This document shows, one piece after another, positions 1-9,690 of a stretch of 64,000 bases of DNA (positions within the stretch are counted from its first letter, which is position 1; each line of letters starts with the position of its first letter). This DNA comes from Candidatus Methylomirabilia bacterium (lineage in GTDB: Bacteria; Methylomirabilota; Methylomirabilia; Rokubacteriales; CSP1-6): the NCBI GenBank assembly GCA_041497895.1, contig JBGQHJ010000002.1, positions 21,112 through 85,111 on the forward strand, read 5' to 3'. The translations under genes were made by a program, and so were the position numbers. The notes under the pieces are model-generated. The model did no database searches. It worked only from the letters and a program-made list of their open reading frames with translations, and was not told the origin of the DNA.

Positions 1-364
1 CGGCCATCTCGCAGGCGATCGAGTTACAGACGCGCACCGTGATCGCGGGCGGCACCGCGTCCCCTTCCTTGACCACGTCGAAGTGGTGGTAGAAGGTCGC
101 GACCTCGTAGACCTCGGCCATCGGGAGCTTCATCTCCTCGGCCAGCGCCACCAGATGCGCGGCGGAGAGATGACCGTAGCGGTCCTGCACGCGATGGAGG
201 TACTCGATCAGGAGGTCGCGCCGACGCGGCGCGTCTTCCAGCAGGGCCCGCACGTCCTCACGGGCCTGGGGCTCGACTTGACGTCCCTTGAGCGTGGCCC
301 GGACGCCGGTGCGTCTTGCGCGCGGCCGCGGCCCCGGTTGCGGCGAAGACCCCCGGTCGTTCAT
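1..364 (-). CDS. NAD-dependent formate dehydrogenase beta subunit (NuoE/NuoF-like), 5' part only; runs off window edge
   Basis: Not in ORF track. Manual translation from ATG 364: MNDRG...LKGRQV...RRDLLIEYLHRVQDRYGHLS...EVYEVATFYHHFDVV...VRVCNSIACEMA, a NuoE-like [2Fe-2S] N-domain typical of Fdh1B-type beta subunits. Confidence 0.85.
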   Translation of the reverse strand, partial: MNDRGSSPQPGPRPRARRTGVRATLKGRQVEPQAREDVRALLEDAPRRRDLLIEYLHRVQDRYGHLSAAHLVALAEEMKLPMAEVYEVATFYHHFDVVKEGDAVPPAITVRVCNSIACEMA

Positions 365-529
365 GGGCCCATTCTAGCGCCCGGCTCGCGGCAACCACTC
401 GACCCGAATCGGGGGGCGTGGCCTCTTCGCCTGGCGCGGCGCGTTAGCGAAGACCAAGCGTTCTCTTACACCTCGGCACCGGGCGTGAGGCTGGCCGAGG
501 CCGGCGGCCTTGGGGTAGATTCGGTTCAG

Positions 530-862
530 ATGAAGCCCAAGCTGCGGGTATGGGTCACGTTCGGCGAGGACCTCAAGTTCGGGGACGGGCGGGCCCGCCT
601 CCTCGAGCTGATCGACGAGCGCGGGTCGCTCAAGAAGGCGGCCCAGGAGCTCGAGATGTCCTACCGGAACGCGTGGGGCTACCTGCGCGATCTGGAGACC
701 GCGGCCGGCTTCAAGTTCGTCGAGCGGGTGCCGGGGGGCGGGCCCGAGAGTGGCATGAGGCTCACCAAGGCCGGCAAGCGGTTCCTCGAGCGGTACCGAA
801 AGTTCCGGAGCGGCCTCGACGAGGCGGCCCGGCGGCAGTTCGACCGCGCCTTCGGGGCGTGA
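530..862 (+). CDS. modE: ModE-family transcriptional regulator, winged-HTH only (no TOBE/Mop domains)
   Basis: FGDGRARLLELIDERGSLKKAAQELEMSYRNAWG...GGG...LT motif; 110 aa from ATG 530; Mo/W cluster context. Confidence 0.88.
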   Translation: MKPKLRVWVTFGEDLKFGDGRARLLELIDERGSLKKAAQELEMSYRNAWGYLRDLETAAGFKFVERVPGGGPESGMRLTKAGKRFLERYRKFRSGLDEAARRQFDRAFGA

Positions 863-1254
863 GCCCGTCGCCGAAGTACCTGTACCTCACGACCACCGGT
901 CGGCTGAGCGGGCGACCGCGCCGCATCGAGATCTGGTCCACCTGCCACGAGGGCCGCTACTACCTGGTCGCCGAGCACGGGCGGCGGGCGCAGTGGGTGC
1001 AGAACCTCCTCGCGAATCCGGCCGTCCGAGCGCGCGTCGGCACCCGGAGCTTCCGCGCCCGCGCCCGCGTGGTGGAGCGCGGCGCGGAGCGAGACCTGGT
1101 CGGGGCGGTACGTCGTCACTCGGAGGCCAAGTACGGCTGGGGCGACGGGCTCGTGGTCGAGCTGAGCCCCGCGCGGCGCGACGCGGCGCTCAGCCCTTCG
1201 CCGCGACCTCGATCAGCGCGCCGTCGGCGCGCGACGCCGCGACCACCCCGATGA
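859..1254 (+). CDS. Deazaflavin (F420)-dependent oxidoreductase / DDN-family protein
   Basis: LYLTTTGRLSGRPRRIEIW...WVQNLLANPAVRARVG motif; GTGA overlap with the modE stop. Confidence 0.75.
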   Translation: MSPSPKYLYLTTTGRLSGRPRRIEIWSTCHEGRYYLVAEHGRRAQWVQNLLANPAVRARVGTRSFRARARVVERGAERDLVGAVRRHSEAKYGWGDGLVVELSPARRDAALSPSPRPRSARRRRATPRPPR

Positions 1255-3424
1255 CCGCCGCAGCCGGGTCCCCGGCCGCGCGCAGCGCCCGCAGCAGGGC
1301 CTCCCCGCGCTCGGCGGGAATGCCGAGCAGCAGCCCGCCCGACGTCTGCGGATCGAAGAGCAGGTCGAGGGCGGGGCGGCGCGCCACCGCTTCGCCCACC
1401 CACATCGCGCGCCGGGCCTTGGCGTTCTCGGGATGGGCGGTGCTGCGGACGCCGCGGCCGAGCAGCGAGAGCGCGCCGGGCAGCGCGGGCAGCGCGTCGA
1501 GGTCGAGCACGGCTGAGACCTTGCTCGCGCGCAGCATCGATCCGAGGTGGCCGGCCAGGCCGAAGCCGGTCACGTCGGTGGCCGCCGAGGGGCGCAGGGG
1601 CCCGGCCGCCCGCGCGGCGGGGCCGTTGGAGCGGAGCATCGAGGCGCAGGCGGCCTCGATCCACTCGCCGCGCGCCATGCCGCGCATGTCGGCCTGCAGG
1701 AGCACGCCGGTGCCGAGCGGCTTGGTGAGCACGAGCTGGTCGCCCGGAGCGAGCCCGCCGAGGCGGATCAGCGCGTCCGGGGAGCCGACGAGCCCCCAGA
1801 CCGCGAAGCCCACCACCAGCTCGGGCCCGGTCGTGGTGTGGCCGCCCACCAGGGTGACCGCGTCCGCATCCAGGCCGGCGCGAGCGCCGGCCATGACCTG
1901 GTACAGAGTCTCCTCGGCCCTCGCCGGCTCGTCGTCGGGCACGGTGACCTGGGCCAGGGCAAAGCGCGGCGCCACGCCCTTGGCCCAGAGATCGCTGATC
2001 GCGTTGACCGCGGCCACGCGCCCGACCAGGTAGGGGTCGTCGGCGAAGGCGCGGAAGCTGTCGACGGTGGCGACCACGATCTCGCCGCGATCCGTCTCGA
2101 CCGCAGCCGCGTCGTCGGGCTGGGCCAGGCCCAGGATCACCGCCGGATGGCTCGTGGGCCCGAGGCGCTCGAGCGCGCGGGTCAGCGCGGACTCGCCCAC
2201 CTTGGCCGCGCAGCCGCCGCACAGCATGTCGCCTCCGGGCATCGGGGACGCGGCGAAGTCGGGGGCCACCGCGTCATCGGGCCCGAGAACCTGGAAGCGG
2301 CGGACGAATCTCCGGTCGATCCAATCTTTGAGAGAAAAGAGTGCGGCTCCTTCGGCCGCCACGCCCCACTTGGTGCCGATGGCGCGCCCGTCGCCCAGGT
2401 TGAGCAGCGAGAGGAAATCGCGCTGCGGGCGATACGCCGAGAGCCGCCCGCCGCGCGCGCGGGCCATCAGGTTGCGGGCGAGCACCGGGCCCTGGCGAAC
2501 CGCGTAGACCCCGGCCTTGGCGAGGGCCGGCCCGGCCGTCCACGCCGCGCAGTCGCCCACCGCGAAGACGTCGTCGCGGTCCCGGCACTGGAGCGTGGGG
2601 CGGATCCGGGCGAATCCCCACGCGTCGGTCTCGAGGCCCGATCCGACGAAGAGCGGCAGCGCCGCGGCGCCCGCCACCCACACGGTGGCGTCGGCCGCGA
2701 TGCGCTCGCCCCCCGCGAGATGCACCGCGTGGGCCTCGACGCGGGCGACGGTGGCGTCACAGCGGATCGTCACCGCGCGCGCGGCGGCCGCGGTCTCGAC
2801 CCGGCGGGCCGCGCTCGCCGCGTAACCCGGCAGGACGCGCGGGCCCGACTCCAGCAGGAGCACGTCGACGCGCCGGCCGGGCTCGGACCCGAGCCGCGCC
2901 GCGAGCGCGAACGCGACCTCCACGCCGCCCGCGCCCGCGCCGACCACCACCACCCGGAAGGCCTCCCGTCCCCGCGCGGCGGCCAGCACCTCGTCCACCC
3001 GGCGGACGAACTCGCCGATGGGGCGGGTGGGCATCGCGTGCTCGCGCGCACCGGGGATCTCGAGGCCCGCGACGGTCGAGCCCACGTCGAAGGACACGGT
3101 GTCGTAGGTGATCGGTGGACGGTCGGCGAGCAGGAGCCGGCGCGCGTCCGGGTCGACGCCGGTCGCCGCCGCGACGATGCAGCGCGCTCCGGCGCGCAGG
3201 GCCAGCGGCCGCACGTCGATCTCGAGGCCTTCCCGCGAATACTGCCCGGCCACGAAGCCCGGCACCATGCCGGAGTAGACCGCGATCGGCCGATCCACCA
3301 CGAGGGTGAGGCGCGCGCCGGGCACCGGGGCCATGGCCCAGCGCTTGAGCACCTGGATGTGGGCGTGGCCGCCGCCCACCAGGACCACGTCGTGCCGGAT
3401 GCCAGGAGCGGACGGCGAGCGCAT
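1190..3424 (-). CDS. selD: Selenide,water dikinase fused to an N-terminal FAD/NAD-dependent oxidoreductase domain
   Basis: N-terminal VVLVGGGHAH and VVVGAGAGG Rossmann motifs; SelD motifs CGGCAAKV, DDAA, GGHT, LTKPLGTG, DVTGFGLAGH, DPQTSGGLL; active-site residue is Cys (TGC). Confidence 0.92.
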   Translation of the reverse strand: MRSPSAPGIRHDVVLVGGGHAHIQVLKRWAMAPVPGARLTLVVDRPIAVYSGMVPGFVAGQYSREGLEIDVRPLALRAGARCIVAAATGVDPDARRLLLADRPPITYDTVSFDVGSTVAGLEIPGAREHAMPTRPIGEFVRRVDEVLAAARGREAFRVVVVGAGAGGVEVAFALAARLGSEPGRRVDVLLLESGPRVLPGYAASAARRVETAAAARAVTIRCDATVARVEAHAVHLAGGERIAADATVWVAGAAALPLFVGSGLETDAWGFARIRPTLQCRDRDDVFAVGDCAAWTAGPALAKAGVYAVRQGPVLARNLMARARGGRLSAYRPQRDFLSLLNLGDGRAIGTKWGVAAEGAALFSLKDWIDRRFVRRFQVLGPDDAVAPDFAASPMPGGDMLCGGCAAKVGESALTRALERLGPTSHPAVILGLAQPDDAAAVETDRGEIVVATVDSFRAFADDPYLVGRVAAVNAISDLWAKGVAPRFALAQVTVPDDEPARAEETLYQVMAGARAGLDADAVTLVGGHTTTGPELVVGFAVWGLVGSPDALIRLGGLAPGDQLVLTKPLGTGVLLQADMRGMARGEWIEAACASMLRSNGPAARAAGPLRPSAATDVTGFGLAGHLGSMLRASKVSAVLDLDALPALPGALSLLGRGVRSTAHPENAKARRAMWVGEAVARRPALDLLFDPQTSGGLLLGIPAERGEALLRALRAAGDPAAAVIGVVAASRADGALIEVAAKG

Positions 3425-3443
3425 GCCCGTCCGCTGTCGCGGC

Positions 3444-5756
3444 TCAGCGCTTGCCGTTGACGAAGGCCAGCGCGATGCGCTCCGGGCTCATGGGCAGCTC
3501 GGTCAGGCGCGCCCCGGTCGCGTTCTGGATGGCGTTGGCGATCGCGGCGGGCGCCGGGATGATCGGCGGCTCGCCCACCCCGCGCGCGCCGAAGGGACCG
3601 GCCGGCGCGGGCACCTCGACGATGATGGTCTCGAGGTTCGGCAGGTCCGCCGCGGTCAGCTTGCGATAGTCGAGCAGGCTCGGGTTGGTGAGCCGGCCGC
3701 CGTCGTCGAACATGAGCCCCTCGGTGAGCGCCATCCCGAGGCTCTGCACCGCGCCGCCCTGCATCTGGCCTTCCACCCCGAGCGGGTTGATGGCCTTGCC
3801 CACGTCCTGGACGATCACGAAGTCCTGTAGAGTCACCTCGCCGGTGTCCGGATCCACCTCGATCCGCGCGAGCTGGGCCGCGAAGCCGGGCGCCTGCTGG
3901 GTGAACGCCGGGTTGGCCTTGCCGAGCACCGGCGGCGTCTTGGACATGTAGAGGTTGCCCTTCTTGCCGATGGTGGCCAGCGTGATGCCCTTGTCCGGCA
4001 TGCCGCGCACCGTGACCTTGCCGTCCACCAGCTCGAGGTCGTGCACCGAGGCCTCCAGCTCCGCGGCCGCGATCTCGAACGTCTGCCGCCGGGCGTCTTC
4101 CGCCGCCTGTAGCACCGCCGCCCCGACGGTGTAGATGGTCTTGCTGCCCGCGCTGAGCCCGGTCATCGGCGCGACGTCGGTGTCGCCGGTGGTGATGCGC
4201 ACCAGGTCGGTGTCCACGCCGTAGGCGGAGGCCGCGATCTGGGCCAGCGCGATGTTGGTCCCCGCGATGTCCACCTGCCCGGTGAGCACCGCGAGCGAGC
4301 CGTCCGGATTCAGGCGCACCGTCGCCCCGGTGGGCTGGAGCCCGCCGAGCCAGCCGCCGAGCGCCAGGCCCACGCCGCGACGCTTGCCGTTCTTCCCCGC
4401 GGCGGCCACCCACTGCTTGCGGCTCTTCCAGTGCGGGTGCTCGGCGATGCGGGCGAGCACCTGCTTGGCCCCGTTCGACTGCCAGGGCTGCCCGTTCACC
4501 ATCGGATCGCCTTCCTGGATCAGGTGGCGCATCCGGAACTCGACCGAATCGAGATCGAGGTCGCGCGCGATCTGCTCCATGTGCGACTCGATCGCGAAGA
4601 TGGTCTGCGGGGCCACCGGCGCGCGATACGCGGCCACGCTCGGCTTGTGGGTCAGCACCTCGAAGCCGCGGATGTCGAACGAGGGCCACTTGTACATGCT
4701 GCCGAGGAACACTGCGCTCACCGCGAGCACCGCGCCCGAGAACGCGCCGGAGTCGATCACCGTCTCCGCGTCGAGGGCCATCAGCGTCCCGTCGCGCTTC
4801 ACCCCGGTCTTGAGCTTGATGATGACCTGCGGGGCGGGCATGCCCGCCTGCAGCTCCTCCCGCCGCGTCATGACGTAGCGGACCGGGCGCTTGGTCACCT
4901 GCGCCAGCACCGCGGTGATGGGCTCGCAGAGCGCGCGGATCTTGCCCCCGAAGCCGCCGCCGCACTCCACCGGGATCACCCGGATCCGGTTCTCGGGGAT
5001 GCCGAGCACGTCCGCGACCTCGGAGCGCGTGTTGAACGAGCCCTGGGTGCTGGCCCACAGGGTGAGAAGCCCGTTGCGGTCCCATTCCGCCAGGACCGCG
5101 TGCGCCTCGAGATAGCCCTGGTGCACCATCGGCACCCGGTAGGTCTTCTCGAGCACGTGATCGGATTCGGCGAAGCCCTTGGCCGGGTCGCCGCGCTGCA
5201 GCCGCGCCTGCTGGGAGATGTTCACCGCCTTGGCGGGCGCCGCGCTCTTGGCGATGGCGACCGCGGAGTGGGCGAGGGCCTCGCTGGTGTCGGCCTCGGT
5301 GCCCGCGTCGGCCACCGGCGGCGCCCCGGGCAGCATCGACTTGAGCGGATCGATCGAGGCGGGCAGCACCTGGTACTCGACCTTGATGAGGTCGAGCGCT
5401 TCCTCCGCGATCGACAGCTCGTCGGCGGCCACCGCGGCCACCGGCTGGCCCATGAACACCGCGCGATCGATGGCGAGGACCGCGTGCGCGCGGGTGGGGG
5501 CCTTCTTCTTCAGATGCGGGATGTCCTTGGCGGTCAGCACCGCGCGGACGCCGGGCAGCGCCTTGGCCGCGCTCACGTCGATCGAGACGATCTTCGCGTG
5601 CGCGTGCGGGCTGCGCAGCAGCTTGGCGTGCAGCAGGCCCTTGGGCTGGATGTCAGCCACGTACTGCACGCGGCCGGTGACCTTCTCGGGGCCGTCCGGC
5701 CGCGGGATCGAGACTCCCACTCCCTTGACGTCGCGCGTGGTCTTCATCGTGCTCAT
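3444..5756 (-). CDS. Xanthine dehydrogenase-family molybdopterin-binding large subunit
   Basis: RSPHAHA, GGGFGGK, AYRAP, QMQGG, GVGEPP motifs; start re-set to ATG 5756 (ATGA overlap with Fe-S subunit). Confidence 0.92.
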   Translation of the reverse strand: MSTMKTTRDVKGVGVSIPRPDGPEKVTGRVQYVADIQPKGLLHAKLLRSPHAHAKIVSIDVSAAKALPGVRAVLTAKDIPHLKKKAPTRAHAVLAIDRAVFMGQPVAAVAADELSIAEEALDLIKVEYQVLPASIDPLKSMLPGAPPVADAGTEADTSEALAHSAVAIAKSAAPAKAVNISQQARLQRGDPAKGFAESDHVLEKTYRVPMVHQGYLEAHAVLAEWDRNGLLTLWASTQGSFNTRSEVADVLGIPENRIRVIPVECGGGFGGKIRALCEPITAVLAQVTKRPVRYVMTRREELQAGMPAPQVIIKLKTGVKRDGTLMALDAETVIDSGAFSGAVLAVSAVFLGSMYKWPSFDIRGFEVLTHKPSVAAYRAPVAPQTIFAIESHMEQIARDLDLDSVEFRMRHLIQEGDPMVNGQPWQSNGAKQVLARIAEHPHWKSRKQWVAAAGKNGKRRGVGLALGGWLGGLQPTGATVRLNPDGSLAVLTGQVDIAGTNIALAQIAASAYGVDTDLVRITTGDTDVAPMTGLSAGSKTIYTVGAAVLQAAEDARRQTFEIAAAELEASVHDLELVDGKVTVRGMPDKGITLATIGKKGNLYMSKTPPVLGKANPAFTQQAPGFAAQLARIEVDPDTGEVTLQDFVIVQDVGKAINPLGVEGQMQGGAVQSLGMALTEGLMFDDGGRLTNPSLLDYRKLTAADLPNLETIIVEVPAPAGPFGARGVGEPPIIPAPAAIANAIQNATGARLTELPMSPERIALAFVNGKR

Positions 5757-6244
5757 CGAGCGCTCCTCTGCGAGGCGAGCGTGCCGGCCGCCTCGCTGAT
5801 CGCGGCCACCATCTTGGTGTAGCCGGTGCAGCGGCAGAGATTGCCCGCGATGCCGTAGCGGATCTCTTCCTCCGAGGGCCGCGGGTTCTCCTCGAGCAGG
5901 GCCGCGGCCGCCATCAGCACGCCCGGGATGCAGAACCCGCACTGGGGCACGCCGTGGCGGACGAACGCGTCCTGCAGTGGATGAAGCGTGGAGTCCGCGG
6001 CCGCCAGGCCCTCGATGGTGCGGATCTTCCGGCCGCGGGCCTGCATGGCCAGCATCAGGCAGCTCGCGACGACTTTGCCGTCCACGTGGACGGTGCAGGC
6101 GCCGCAGTCGCCGGTGCCGCAGCCTTCCTTGGGGCCGGTGAGGCCCATGTCCTCGCGCAGGGCATCGAGGAGGGTGACGTAGGGCTGGACGAGCACCTCG
6201 ACCGGCTCGCCGTTCACGGTGCAGCTCAGGATCTGCTTGGCCAC
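5753..6244 (-). CDS. Xanthine dehydrogenase-family [2Fe-2S] small subunit
   Basis: GCGTGDCGACTV, QCGFCIPG, GNLCRCTGY. Confidence 0.95.
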   Translation of the reverse strand: MAKQILSCTVNGEPVEVLVQPYVTLLDALREDMGLTGPKEGCGTGDCGACTVHVDGKVVASCLMLAMQARGRKIRTIEGLAAADSTLHPLQDAFVRHGVPQCGFCIPGVLMAAAALLEENPRPSEEEIRYGIAGNLCRCTGYTKMVAAISEAAGTLASQRSAR

Positions 6245-6260
6245 GGGATGTGCCTCCGGA

Positions 6261-7121
6261 TCAGGCGTTCGCGCGTGCGAGCGCGGTCGTGAGCGTGCGA
6301 CGCGTGAGGACGCGGACCAGGTGCTTGCGGAACTCGATGGAGCCGCGCTGGTCGTTGATGGGCCTGGCCGCCTCGATCGCCAGGGTGGCCGCGCGTTCGA
6401 TGGCCTCGGGCGTCACCGGCTGGCCCTCGAGCGACCGCTCGGCCGCGGTGGCGCGCACCGGCGTTGGCGCCACCGAGGCGAGCGCGATGCGCGCCTTGGT
6501 GCAGCGGCCGTCGGCCATCGTCAGCTGAGAAGCCACCCCTACCACGGCAATATCGAGCTCGCGCCGGGGCGTGTGCCGCAGGTACTGGCCGCCGCTGTGG
6601 GCCCCCGGCGGGGGCACGACCAGCTCGATCAGCATCTCGTTCGGCGCGAGCACCGTCTGCCGGACCCCGGTGAAGAAGTCGGCCATCGGTACGCGCCGCT
6701 CGCCCTTCGGCCCCCCGATCACCGCCTGGGCCTCCAGCGCGACCAGCGGCGGCGCCATGTCGGCCGACGGGGCCGCGTTGCAGAGGTTGCCGCCCACGGT
6801 GGCGAGGTTGCGCACCTGCAGCGAGCCGACCATGGCCGCGCTCTCCGCGATGGCCAGATACGCCCCGCGGAGCGCCGGGCTCAGCTCGAGCTCTCGGGCG
6901 GTGACCGCGGCGCCGATGCGGAGGCCGTTGCCGTTCTGAACCTGGCGGATCCGAGCGATGCCCGAGAGGTCCACGACCACCGCCGGCTTCAGGACGCCGT
7001 TCTTCATCTGGGGCAGGAGGTCGGTGCCTCCCGCCACCAGCTTGGCCTGCGCCCCGCGCTCGGCGAGGATCTTGAGGCAATCTTCGAGGGTGTTCGGCAG
7101 AACGAGATCGAATCGTCGCAT
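6261..7121 (-). CDS. Xanthine dehydrogenase-family FAD-binding medium subunit
   Basis: AGGTDL, QVRNLATVGGNLCNAAPSAD; SD-like GGAGA before ATG 7121. Confidence 0.93.
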   Translation of the reverse strand: MRRFDLVLPNTLEDCLKILAERGAQAKLVAGGTDLLPQMKNGVLKPAVVVDLSGIARIRQVQNGNGLRIGAAVTARELELSPALRGAYLAIAESAAMVGSLQVRNLATVGGNLCNAAPSADMAPPLVALEAQAVIGGPKGERRVPMADFFTGVRQTVLAPNEMLIELVVPPPGAHSGGQYLRHTPRRELDIAVVGVASQLTMADGRCTKARIALASVAPTPVRATAAERSLEGQPVTPEAIERAATLAIEAARPINDQRGSIEFRKHLVRVLTRRTLTTALARANA

Positions 7122-7198
7122 GTTGTCTCCCGGGGGTTTGGCGCGCGCTGGCCATGATACACCGAGTGGCGGCCGAGCGAAGGTGAGTCTGTCGGACA

Positions 7199-7239
7199 TT
7201 GACTATGCTCGGCGGAGCCTGTATGCTCCCGGACGCATA
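7199..7239 (+). promoter_or_regulatory. sigma70-type promoter of tupA with overlapping inverted repeat (candidate ModE operator)
   Basis: TTGACT(7199-7204)-N17-TATGCT(7222-7227); TATGC-N8-GCATA inverted repeat 7222-7239. Confidence 0.6.
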
Positions 7240-8073
7240 ATGGCTCGATTCCTCTCGCTCGTCTGGCTGATCGCGCTGTCGCTCGGGACGGGCGGACCCG
7301 TCCCGGCCCAGTCCAACGTGGTCATCGTCTCGACCACCACGAGCACCCAGGACTCGGGCCTCCTCGACGTGCTGGTGCCGCTCTTCGAGAAGAAGACCGG
7401 GCTCACCGTGAAGACCATCTCGGTCGGCACCGGTCAGGCCCTGGCCCTGGCCGCACGGGGCGAGGCCGACGTGACCCTGGCCCACGCGGCGAGCCTCGAG
7501 AAGAAGTACGTCGCCGAGGGCAAGATGACGAACCGCCGCCTGGTCATGTACAACGACTTCGTGATCATCGGGCCGCCCGACGATCCCGCGAAGATCAAGG
7601 GCTTGCCGAAGGCGCTCGACGCCCTCAGGCGCATCGCGGAGAGCCAGTCGCGCTTCGTCTCGCGGGGCGACAAGTCGGGCACCCACGTGCTCGAGCTGGC
7701 CCTGTGGAAGCAGGCGGGCATCGAGCCCAAGGGCGCCTGGTACATCGAGTCCGGTCAGGGGATGGGCCAGACGCTCGGCATCGCCAACGACCGCCGCGCC
7801 TATACCCTGACCGATCGCGCGACCTACCTCGCGTTCGGCAAGCGGGTGGATCTCCCCATCCTGGTCGAGAAGGACCGTCCGCTGCTGAACATCTACTCGG
7901 TGATGGAGGTGAACCCGGCCAACGGCCCGCGCGTGAACGCGGCGGGAGGGAAGGCCTTCGCCGAGTTCATGCTGGCGCCCGAGACCCAGGCGGTCATCAA
8001 GGAGTTCGGGATGGACAAGTACGGCCAGGCCCTCTTCGTGCCGGTGGCCGGCAAGAAGGACGAGGACCTCTAG
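7240..8073 (+). CDS. tupA: Tungstate ABC transporter substrate-binding protein
   Basis: Signal peptide; TTTSTQDSGLL signature, GTGQAL, MYNDF, SRGDKSGTH, GQGMG. Confidence 0.93.
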   Translation: MARFLSLVWLIALSLGTGGPVPAQSNVVIVSTTTSTQDSGLLDVLVPLFEKKTGLTVKTISVGTGQALALAARGEADVTLAHAASLEKKYVAEGKMTNRRLVMYNDFVIIGPPDDPAKIKGLPKALDALRRIAESQSRFVSRGDKSGTHVLELALWKQAGIEPKGAWYIESGQGMGQTLGIANDRRAYTLTDRATYLAFGKRVDLPILVEKDRPLLNIYSVMEVNPANGPRVNAAGGKAFAEFMLAPETQAVIKEFGMDKYGQALFVPVAGKKDEDL

Positions 8074-8090
8074 GCCGGAGATCGCGCGCC

Positions 8091-8786
8091 GTGGGCCTGT
8101 TCGGGGAGGGCATCGTCGAGGCGTTCCGGCTCCTCGTCACCGGAGACCCGGAGGTCTGGCAGATCACCTGGCTCTCCATCCAGGTCTCCGCCACCGCCAC
8201 CCTGCTCTCGCTCCTCGTCGGCATCCCGGTGGGCGCGCTGCTGGCGCTCTCCCGCTTCCGGGGCCGTGCCTTCGTGGTGAGCCTGGTGAACACCGGCATG
8301 GGCCTGCCCCCGGTGGTGGTCGGCCTCTTCGTCACGATCCTGCTCTGGCGCAACGGCGCGCTCGGTTTCCTCGAGCTGCTCTACACGCCCACCGCGATGG
8401 TGACGGGTCAGCTCGTGATCGCGGCCCCGATCGTGACCGGGCTCACGCTGGCCGCGGTGCAGCAGGTACCCGAGGCCTTCCGCCTCCAGATGCTGGGGCT
8501 CGGCGCCTCCCGGGGGCAGATGATCTGGGTGCTCCTGAAGGAGGCGCGGCTGCCGATGCTGGCCGCGGTGATGGCCGGATTCGGCGGGGTGATCTCCGAG
8601 GTGGGTGCGTCCATGATGCTGGGCGGAAACATCAAGGGGTCCACCCGCGTGCTCACCACCGCCACCGTGCTCGAGACCGGCAAGGGCAACTTCGACGTGG
8701 CCATCGCACTCTCGGTGATCCTGCTGCTGATCACCTTCCTCGTGAACTGGGGGCTGAGCGTGATCCAGCAGCGCCGGCGGGGCTGA
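8091..8786 (+). CDS. tupB: Tungstate ABC transporter permease
   Basis: NTGMGLPPVVVGL, ISEVGASMMLGGNIKGSTRVLTTA; follows tupA. Confidence 0.9.
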   Translation: MGLFGEGIVEAFRLLVTGDPEVWQITWLSIQVSATATLLSLLVGIPVGALLALSRFRGRAFVVSLVNTGMGLPPVVVGLFVTILLWRNGALGFLELLYTPTAMVTGQLVIAAPIVTGLTLAAVQQVPEAFRLQMLGLGASRGQMIWVLLKEARLPMLAAVMAGFGGVISEVGASMMLGGNIKGSTRVLTTATVLETGKGNFDVAIALSVILLLITFLVNWGLSVIQQRRRG

Positions 8787-8834
8787 GTCTCCGCGGCCCG
8801 GGCCACGGGCCGGCGGTACGATGGGGATCGGGAG

Positions 8835-9620
8835 ATGACCATGCGCGCGATCGGTCGTAGCCTTTGCGTCCTCGTGCTCGTGCTCCTCGCCACGGCGGGC
8901 CGCGCCGCGCCGCAGCCGATCACGGTGTCTGCCGCCATCAGCACGAAGGACGCGGTGAGCGAGCTGGGCCGCGGCTTCGCGGCGAGCCATCCCGGCGTGA
9001 CCCTGCTCTACAACTGGGGCTCGTCCGGCGATCTGCAGAAGCAGATCGAGGCGGGCGCGCCGATCGACCTCTTCATCTCGGCGGCGGCGCTCCAGATGGA
9101 CGAGCTGGAGAAGCGCAGGCTGATCGTGCCCGGCACGCGGAAGGTCTTCGCGCGAAACCTGCTCACCGTGATCAAGCCCGCCGACTCCCGGGTCGACATC
9201 GTCAAGCCGGGTGATCTCGTCGAGACCCGCGTCGGACGCATCGTGGTGGGAAATCCCCGGACGGTTCCGGCCGGCCAGTACGCGGAGGAAAGCCTGCGCG
9301 CGCTCGGCCTCTGGGACCGGCTGCAGCCCAAGCTGGTCTTCGCGGAGAACGTCCGCCAGGCGCTCGAGTACGTGGCCCGTGGCGAGGTGGACGCGGGTTT
9401 CGTCTACACGACCGACGCGGCGACCCGCGGGCGGGCGGTCAAGGAAGCGTTCCGGCCGGCCGAGGACACGTACCGCCCCGTGGTGTATCCGGTCGCGGTG
9501 GTGGCGGATGCCCGGCAGCCCGCACTCGCTGCCGCCTTCATCGATCTGCTCCTGAGTCGCGAGGGCCAGGCCGTGCTCTCCCGCCACGGCTTTCAGCCTC
9601 CCCCGGTCGGCACCCGATAG
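8835..9620 (+). CDS. modA: Molybdate ABC transporter substrate-binding protein
   Basis: VSAAIS, GSSGDLQKQIEAGAPIDLFISA, VPAGQYA, NVRQAL, GFVYTTDA. Confidence 0.93.
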   Translation: MTMRAIGRSLCVLVLVLLATAGRAAPQPITVSAAISTKDAVSELGRGFAASHPGVTLLYNWGSSGDLQKQIEAGAPIDLFISAAALQMDELEKRRLIVPGTRKVFARNLLTVIKPADSRVDIVKPGDLVETRVGRIVVGNPRTVPAGQYAEESLRALGLWDRLQPKLVFAENVRQALEYVARGEVDAGFVYTTDAATRGRAVKEAFRPAEDTYRPVVYPVAVVADARQPALAAAFIDLLLSREGQAVLSRHGFQPPPVGTR

Positions 9621-9690
9621 ACCGTCTCCCGGTTCCGGGTCCAGTGGCGTCTCGGCGTGGCATACTACCCGGGCACCCAGGACATCCATC

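Noticed and set aside
377..515. Inverted repeats between the FDH gene and modE (TCTTCGC/GCGAAGA, CCTCGGC/GCCGAGG)
   Set aside because: Short GC-rich arms with long loops are expected by chance; no match to the tupA palindrome
2200..2227. Selenocysteine in SelD
   Set aside because: Codons are TGC (CGGCAAK); no in-frame TGA
3444..7121. Aerobic CO dehydrogenase (coxMSL) call
   Set aside because: Gene order fits, but the active-site loop is AYRAP, not AYxCSFR
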